A DNA stretch of 64,000 nucleotides from Haliotis rufescens (Eukaryota): the NCBI RefSeq assembly GCF_023055435.1, contig NW_025964223.1, positions 38,502,001-38,566,000 of the forward strand, in the 5' to 3' direction. The translations under genes were made by a program, and so were the position numbers. Shown piece after piece: positions 55,901 to 64,000 of this stretch. Every line of letters starts with the position of its first letter. The stretch's first letter is position 1. The notes beneath the pieces were generated by a model that searched no databases, was not told where the DNA came from, and was given only the letters and a program-made list of their open reading frames with translations.

Positions 55901-58900
55901 GTACCACACCACCATTTCATCAAACAGAACAGCTGTATGTTCTTTGCCATGATAGAGACAGGTTCCGTTGTGGAACTGACAGACCACTTGTAGACCAAAC
56001 AATTGAGCAGAGAAACTGTAATGAAGGATTCAAAGGAGCAACATACCACCTATAGACCAACAAATGGACCAGTATATGGTGTACTGTTTGATATGTGTAT
56101 CAATGTTCTGTGACAAGGTGAAGCCAATGCCGGTTCTTCAACAATGAACCAGTACAACTGTACTTTCCCAGCCATGATAGATGACTGGAGAGAGAGGTTC
56201 CACCAAGGATCAGAAGGACAAACAGACCCAGCCTTTCCTTTCGGATTTGTTCAGGTAATATTCTCTCCTACTATTACACATACCAAACTATCCCTCACAG
56301 ATGCCTGAGGCTCTGTGTTTATATCATGACAAATCATAGCATGTTGCTGTGTTTATCCGTGTGACAACAGACAGCTAGTCCATGTGATCTTTAGTATGAT
56401 TTGATAACTGAATATGTTGCCATCAATGATCTGATATCATTCAATAATGACTTCCTTCCACTGACTGACACATCTGAAACAGCTTTATCTCTTCATATTT
56501 ATATCTGTGCAAAAAGACGGGTGGCCCCGTCTAAGTGTCATACCACACTTTCTCAAACGTTGTTTTATCAAGGTAACAACATTAAGGCGTCAGCAAAGCT
56601 ATTAAAAGTTTTATTGTCGCCATGTGTGAAGAACATGTCCCACTAACATAAAGTTATCAACAAATTATCATTGTATAAGAATTACCGTTTTTCTTCAGAA
56701 TTACCAATTCAAACACAATTCAAATAATATTGGTTATTTTAAAAACATTCTTTCATAATTTTTATTTTCAAGATATTAAAAACTGCCAATACAGCTTTTT
56801 CGATGGAAAGGCAAATTTAAGCTGTTAGAACACTTTTCTTATCATTCATTATTTCTAAGTTCTGGTAATATGTTTTTTTTATCAAAGCCATCCTGTAAAT
56901 ATACAGTTATTTCCATTCACTCGCTTGATTACACTGAATTATGGTCATTACTTTTTTGAATGCAGCTTGCCCCATACAGAAACAATGACACCATTACTAC
57001 TGGCTTCACAGACATTCGATGGCACCAGACGGCTGACTATGGCTACGTCCCTAACGACAGGATGAAGAACACCTTTATGGCGGTGGCCATGGACCTGCCG
57101 GACTTTACCTCTCCATACACAGGGTATATAACTATATCTTTTTATATTCTTGTATTAAAATAATATCCTTTGAAATTTAACTTATTCATTTGAAAATGTT
57201 GTACATTTTATACAGTTGAATGTACTTTCAGTGTCCACCCCCGGGACAAGCAGGATGTGTCTATGCGTCTGTGTACAGCTGGACTTGCTGTGGCCTACAA
57301 CCAAACTCAGTTCTCTACATTCGACGGACCCATTCCTGGTCTGTTCATAATCTACACCAAGGAAAGAACCATGGAGATAAACTTTTATAAAGACCTTGAT
57401 ATTAGATCAACAACCGGCTTTGAGGTCAGTGACCATTGCTAATTCATTATTGGGTTGGTCAACAAATTTTAGTTTATATTCAATATATATTTAGTCACAG
57501 ACAATGTCGATAAACGCTACAGTGGTACAACATTCAAAGGTGTATTAAGTTGAACTCTTTCCACACATTGCTGCAAAGTTGCAACATTTGTACTTTGATG
57601 CCACATGTACAATAATTCAACGGGTGGAGCGACACATAATGCGCCAAGGGGGCGTTTCTGCACATCTCGGAGTGACAGTCCATCACGTGACACAGAAACT
57701 TTTGCAGGCAAGCCACAGCTACCAGACTCGGGCATTGAACCCATAGCCTGCATGAAAGCCTGTAACGACAATAAATCCAGCCCGGAGACCGATTGAGCAA
57801 CGAAGGCTCTTGATATACAGTGTGCTCGTCTGTTCCATACTGAAGTTGGTTTCGCGCGGTAAACTTCAAATTCTAAAGATTTGATAGGGGTATTCAGAGT
57901 GTCAAGATGGATGTTTGGATATGTTGGCGTACGAATAGGATGCGATCTGGGCATGGAACTGACGCAAAGTAAGCTTCATTTTAAGTAATGATAAACAAAA
58001 GAGAACATGGCAGTTATGAAAGATTTTCGTAATGTCACAATAGATATTGATTAGTTCAAACAGCAAGTTTAAACACTGTAAGAGAAGAAGGTAATGTCTG
58101 TTGCATACAGGCTTCACTGCTACCCAAAAAGGCGACAAAATGTGTCCTAATGTTTCTCTCAAAAATGTGAGTCAGTACAACACAACTCCTACTGAAAGGT
58201 CAATTAAAGGTCAAATATCACAATACTGCAAAAACTGTAACGAATGTTTAAGGCCCGATGCCGACTACCTATGATGGCCATGCACAATTATATTCGTGCA
58301 ATAATTCAAAAAAGGGCTTACTTATAAGTTTGTCCTTGTGGTTGACAAAGTGACCATGTTTATAAAATGGGATTCGAACATATCCTCAATTGTGGGCATG
58401 GGTGTGAAAAGTTTAAGATCAATTGGTCCAGTATTAGTGGGGATACAATCTGACTTTTTATTAACAAGGCCGTGCTACTCGTAACCACTCCTCGAAATAT
58501 CTTGTGATACAACAACAAAGACTGTAATGCTGAGAGGTCCAGTCCAGTGAATGATCCGGTCTTGCTGTACCGAGATGATTCACTTCGACAAGCCAGCATC
58601 AGCTGATGGTGTCGACAATATAAAAAAATGTCATACGAGTACAAACAGTTGCGGTTGAACGTTGGATTCACAATGTTTTCGAGTTGAATTGAAGTTTCCA
58701 GGTTCTTCAAGATCATGTGGTTGACAAAAAAAAGTTGAGATGTATATTCATATGACGTGAATCAGTAGATGGATCAGCTGTTATGATCAGAGATATTGTG
58801 ATTTACAACGTATTGTAGTGAGAAGTGATTCTGTTTATCATTAATAACATCTTTTAATTTTAATACTGACTTCTTCCAGGTGACATGCACCAATAGTTCA

Positions 58901-59155
58901 GCTCCATCTTCGGATGAGTCAGAGTGGTTCCCCTTGCCTATTGTGTCACATGACAACACATCAGTGACCCTCGACTACAGCCAAATATGTCTGCAGACTA
59001 AAAACATGGTGGTGTCTGCCGTACGCTATGCCTGGAGAGAGTCACCGTGTCCCTTTAAAAAGTGTGGTGTCTACAACAAGGATAGTGGCTACCCTGCGCC
59101 ACCTTTTGTCGAAAGTGTTATCACCAATAAGTCAAATGTTAAAATTGTGAAATAA
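52989..59155 (+). CDS. SIAE: SIAE-like copy 5 (8 exons, apparently intact)
   Basis: Exons 52989-53055 (MGPTACAVLLITLEVALLTAGE), 53604-53944, 54324-54462, 54870-55139, 56118-56254, 56966-57123, 57232-57424, 58880-59155; TATA-like run ~45 bp upstream. Confidence 0.92.
53468..53600 (+). pseudogene. Relic duplicate of the 5' part of SIAE exon 2 inside intron 1 of copy 5
   Basis: tttcag|GG AAC ATA GAT GTT AAA ACA TTC TCC TTT GCA AGT TTC TAT GGA AAC TAT ATG CTT CTT CAA = (G)NIDVKTFSFASFYGNYMLLQ, followed by a frameshift and stop. Confidence 0.85.
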
Positions 59156-59202
59156 AATGCGCAAGGAAAGAAATGTTGTCATGTTTTTGTTAATAATACT
59201 TA

Positions 59203-60299
59203 AACAATGGGTGGCTGAAAATCTCTGAGCCTACTATGAAGGATGTATAATACACCCTTAACAGTTTGTATGTATTACGATTAATACTTTCAATGCTTAC
59301 AAGCTGAATTAGAATCAAATACACAACCAGGCAAGATATGTCTGCGGGTATGAAAGTGACTACGTATTCTTGTTTGAAAATTGGCTACCACGCTGCCATC
59401 AAGTATCTTCAACTGAAAATCATGTTTAGGAGATGATATCATTTGCCTTGCTTTGCCACAATCAATGTGGGAGAGACTCGAAGGTGATCCACAATCAGCT
59501 GCCACCACTGAGAATAATGTTGATAAAATAATGATACCATTATGGATGCTCGACGACTCACTACACGTTACATAGCCAATACAGTTGAGGACATTCTAAG
59601 GAATCAACTGACAAACGTTTCAACACACAGAGTTCCAAGGCTTCTGATCAGAAACGTTCATCATCTATCAACGTATGTTATATACGTCGTTTTGAAGCAG
59701 ATCCAGCTGGTTTTGTGGATCGATTTTGATATCATGGATGATATTTGGGTTCATCGCTATCAGTCAGAGACCAAAGAAGACTCACAACTATGGAAACATC
59801 TAATTCTTTGAAGAAGGGCAAATCAATTCTATCAGCTGGAATTTCCTGGTATTCCAAAGAAATCCTACTGGTGGACTACCTCCCGAAAGTTCAGACCATT
59901 AATGGCCAAAACCATGCTAATCTGCTTAGGTAACCACGTACGAGTAACGTGGAAAATTCACTAAAGGTGTGTTGATCCACAGGACAATGCACCGTTGCCA
60001 TGTCTATTGTCGTCATGGCTGCAATACATGTCTGTGGCCTTGAACTCCATCATTTATCCTCCACATTCAGCAGATCTAGCACAGTCCCATTTACATCCCT
60101 TCAAACTTGAAGAAAGTACTGTCTGTCAAGCATTATGCAAAAGCAGCTCCAGGAGCTTCTACATCAGTGGGGTCCCGGCCCTCCAGTGTCATTGGCAGAT
60201 GTATGTGGTCCTTGGGGATATCATGCTGAAAAATAACTAGCAACCAAATTTACAGGGTCCATCATAGTAAGGCTCAGACCTTTTCAGCCATACCTCGTA
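59203..60299 (+). mobile_element. Degenerate mariner (Tc1/mariner) transposon
   Basis: TIRs TGGCTGAAAATCTCTGAGCCTACTATGA / TCATAGTAAGGCTCAGACCTTTTCAGCCATACCTCGTA; transposase remnants MDDIWVHRYQSETKEDSQLWKH, ILLVDYLPKVQTING, DNAP and YPPHSADLA (YSPDL-like). Confidence 0.9.
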
Positions 60300-61298
60300 T
60301 ATGCCCACAGCATATGTGAACAATTCTAAAAGATGGGTGGATTTTTTTTATTCTTCAGAACTTCGTCAATTCCTTATCATTTAAGAAAGCCAAACATGTC
60401 AAATAGACAATAATTCCTGATCACATTAATGGAATATTGTAAACGAACCAAAGCTTTGATAAAGTTTGAGTAAGATTGTGTGTTTACTAAATGGGCTTAC
60501 TAGTTATAATACGTAATATTCAAGAGCAGTGTGCCCTAAAATGTGGTGACTATGAATAATAGGAGTCTTCCAATGCCACTGATCGACTACTTCAAATGTG
60601 GTTAACGAGGCTGTCATCTTATTCCTTATATACTACATATCGTTACATGAATGTATGTGTACACTGCATTTTGACACATGTGTATGGTGGGATGGAATAA
60701 TACATCACATGTTTATTCTTTGCAAAGGATGCTTTTACTGTACAATACCTGCTTTGAATTACAGGTCAATGTTGTGGAAACACGAACAAAAATTTGAAAC
60801 ACAAACATTATTCTAAGGTTTCTGACAGGTGACCTTTAATTTCCTTTATGTCGTTATTTCATTATATATACATGGACATTGCTTTCAATAAATGTTGCGC
60901 AAATCTCTTCTTGTCGTTTCTAAGTTAATGAAAGATTAGACATATGTATCTACCTTGGTAGAGTATGCTGGGTTTAACATTGAACAGTATTTCAGTTATA
61001 TTTTGATATGTCAACATTACAGTTAGGTGACACCCATATATGGTATTGGTGAATCATTGGGAATTTTTGATTCCACACCATGTGTAGCAGTTTAACACAC
61101 TTCTGGCATCATACACCACTAAACCGATGATCCAGTAGTGCCCCAACAATATTTCATTAGACAAATAACGACTTGTTGATACATGTTTAAGATTAGTAGT
61201 TAAGAATAATAGTGATGGTTCCTTCACTTAGGTAGTTATAGTCTCACAAGTTAAAAGTTTACTAGGTTAGAGATAAGATAAAGGTAGATATTGCCTTC

Positions 61299-61304
61299 TA
61301 TAAA
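61299..61304 (+). promoter_or_regulatory. TATA box of SIAE copy 6 with upstream GATA motifs
   Basis: TATAAA ~55 bp before the ATG, preceded by AGATAAGATAA; the region is homologous to the copy 5 promoter. Confidence 0.5.
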
Positions 61305-61357
61305 TAAACAGTGTAAGTCTTTGTCTATACTCAAACAGTCCTACAATACCGGCAAAA

Positions 61358-63765
61358 ATGGAACGAACTGGGTGGATTGTTCTCCTGGTTGTCATTAAGG
61401 TATCAGCACTAACAGCACATACTGCAGGAGAAGGTGGGTTCATCCGTACATTAAAACACGTCTCAGGGAGTGGGTCATATTAAAGGGCAAGTTGTATTTT
61501 TTCATCATGGAAAGTATTTACCTAGTAGTTTTAGAGGCCAGACAATAAAAATATCACAAGTATCTAATTTATTTTATTCATAAAATCGGTTCATATGTTT
61601 TACATTTCCCACGAGTTCTATTTCCATAATAAATACACCATGGCTTATGCCCCTTGCAATATGACGTCATTGGTGCCAATTGATAAAGTCATGACTTTAT
61701 TAGACTCGTTTCACGTGGTGTATGTAGAGGTGTGTGGTGCTATCTTCTCAGATGCGCAGCATATTGTTTTGTACGGTGCCGCGCTGTTCAAGATACAACA
61801 GGTGATGTGGGTCTTCTCTTGTTTCCACTTGATTCTCATCGTTTCCATACCGCGAAGCTTGCTCGTTTTGGTTCAAAAGCGTATGGTTTTGCGATTTCTT
61901 GAAGGTGTCAAGGGAACTTCTTCGGACCAGGCAATGTATCGGATGCCATGTTGTCTCACCATAAACTGGTACTTGATATCTTTTGCGTTATGACAAGACA
62001 GGGACCTAGTTAAATTGGCACCAATTACGTCATAATCTAAGGGGGATAACCCAGGCCTGTTTAGCTCGGAAACCGAAGGCCTCATAACGGCATGACATTT
62101 TCACACTTATTGTGAACTCCCTACTTTCACTGCGAGAAAAATGAGTGTATATTTTCAAACAATGATACTAACTAATTCTAAAATTGTGTTTTGTTTAAAA
62201 TAAGAAAGAAAGTGATTTTTGCCTGTACACTTCCCCTTTAACATTCTTTAGCGCCGCAAGACTCATTATAAGCTGATATCGAACCTTTACATATTCAATG
62301 AAAAAATAACATTTTAAAAACACAGCTCTCTTTTGGAAAGTGCCGATTTAAATACATGCATTATAGTGCATTAAATACAAATACTGTGGAAACCAGAAGG
62401 CTGCCCCTGAACTGCCTGAACAATATTTGACAGAGTTTAGGGATTTTTAAGTGATCCATTCATATAAGATTCACCACCATTTGGCCTTTTACACTCACTG
62501 AAATCTGAAATCTCAGTGAATAATCGACACCCGTTATTATCTGGCGTTAATTTATTTTATTCTTTTCATGCTTTCATTCTCACTAACAAGACAATCGTGA
62601 AGGTTTTCTCTTCATAACATTTTCGAATAAAAAACAATCCTAGTTCTAATATGTGTCGTGAGTCGATGTTAAGCTGTGGAAATGATGAGAAGTCATTTGT
62701 GGAATAGTTCCTAGGGGAGCACGTCAGCTGTGTATAGGTTGACATGCTGAGGATTGAGTGAAGGTAGCTTATGCCTTATCTGCCTTATCACCTCACATTT
62801 GTATGATTATTCTATTTTAGGGACCTCAGCGGCTAAACCTTTCTCCTTTGCTAGTTACTATGGTAACCACATGGTTCTTCAAAAGGCACCCCAAAGGACA
62901 ACTATATGGGGCTATGCTGCAAAAGAAGGGGAGACAATCACATTGAGCATTAGTGGTAAGGGACAGGTGAATACAACATCCTTTAATGGACCTATGGCAG
63001 TAACCCCTGTGTGGTCAGTTCAACTTCCTGCCATCGGTGCTGGTGGGCCTTACAACATCACAGCGACATCTAGCGAGGGCAGCATTGGCTTAACTGATGT
63101 GTTATTTGGGGACGTCTGGATATGTTCCGGTCAGAGCAACATGCAGTTTACACTTTCGATGGTAAGTTTTGTATCAGTGGAGGGATGTTCGTAAATGTTT
63201 TACCATGAAGTACTGGTAGTCCTCAATGATTGTTTACTAAATTTTGTTTGGGTGAAGAATTTAAAGATTCCAATTCGTCTCTATATTTTTACAGTTTTAC
63301 TTGGTATGAGAAAATCTCTTTTTGGTTATCCTGCCATGTAGAAGACAATGTGTTTGATACATATCTTACTGTTGTTGGCTAGATTTCCAACGGACAAAGT
63401 TACCAAAATAAGCCGTTTGCACTCATCATAAATACGATCCAATACATATACACCAGTGTGTAGGAAGACGCGTCATAAAGAAATGAAAACCCCATCTTGA
63501 AAATTTAGCCCATTTAACAACAATCAATTCGGTTTCGAATGAAATGTACAAGTGTTAAATCTACGTTCGAAACATGTAAACGGAAAACACAGTAGTTTAT
63601 CTCCTAATTCGGTATAACGCATGCAGGCTTTTAATGCAACGGAAGAGGAGACAGATGTCCCCAACTATCCCAACATCCGGGTGTTTACAGTTGCCTTGGG
63701 AGGGTCTCCGGTCGAAGAATATGATCTGCTGAATATCAGTCAACCTTGGTCTGTTCCAAGTGCAG
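61358..63765 (+). CDS. SIAE: SIAE-like copy 6 (first three exons; continues beyond the window)
   Basis: Exons 61358-61433 (MERTGWIVLLVVIKVSALTAHTAGE), 62821-63161 (341 nt, as in copies 2, 4 and 5), 63627-63765 (139 nt). Confidence 0.9.
61484..62237. mobile_element. Non-autonomous Kolobok-like DNA transposon in intron 1 of copy 6
   Basis: TTAA on both sides (61480-61483, 62238-62241); imperfect TIRs AGGGCAAGTTGTA / TACACTTCCCCT beginning with purines; - strand remnant KPYAFEP. Confidence 0.6.
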
Positions 63766-64000
63766 GTAGAACAAGCAGCTTCAGTAATGCCAAGTCATGT
63801 GTATCTTCATATGTCAGCACCTTTGTAAACTTATTTCAACATTTTTCTTCAAAAGTATTGTTTCAATAGTTCAACGTTGCTGCCGTCTTACAGATGCAAC
63901 AGGTGTTACGAGATCCCTTCACTGAAGGTTAATTGAAACAGTGTCGTTTATCTGCCTACCTTTAACAGAATAATCACGTTGGTGCCCACATTCAAAATGT

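Noticed and set aside
57600-57810. Possible additional tRNA-derived SINE on the minus strand and the 145-aa ORF over it
   Set aside because: Only weak A/B-box matches, no second copy or TSD in the window, and no recognisable protein motif.
903-64000. Functional link between the Maverick and the SIAE cluster (e.g. viral receptor-destroying esterase)
   Set aside because: The SIAE genes are intron-rich host genes over 5 kb from the last viral feature, separated by ordinary TEs; adjacency alone is not evidence.

Overview
Eukaryotic, intron-containing genomic DNA, probably from a mollusc (gastropod/abalone-like). That assignment is inferred only from the SINE and other repeat families. The window has two parts. 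(1) ~0.9-14.0 kb is a decayed endogenous Maverick/Polinton (adintovirus-type) element. It carries a zinc-finger-fused protein-primed PolB whose catalytic core is deleted, an RVE integrase with chromodomain, minor and major capsid proteins, an adenain-like protease and a packaging ATPase. Accessory genes are a NADAR, a single-BIR IAP, a PC4-like protein and two diverged Cys/His paralogues, and there is a 33-bp tandem array. Most core genes carry stops or frameshifts, and no TIR pair is visible. (2) ~19.5-64 kb is a cluster of six sialate O-acetylesterase (SIAE, SGNH hydrolase) paralogues: one on the minus strand, head-to-head with five tandem plus-strand copies. Copy 3 is 5'-deleted and copy 6 runs off the window. 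The cluster shows exon-restricted homogenisation, mosaic exons, relic exons, an intron presence/absence difference and a GC-AG intron. Interspersed elements include a hAT/BED deletion derivative, a mariner, a Kolobok-like element, a Helentron-type HINE, two LINE remnants and four SINE families. There are two N gaps. The most interesting leads are the Maverick accessory and regulatory kit and the recombining SIAE array. All exon coordinates were read by eye.
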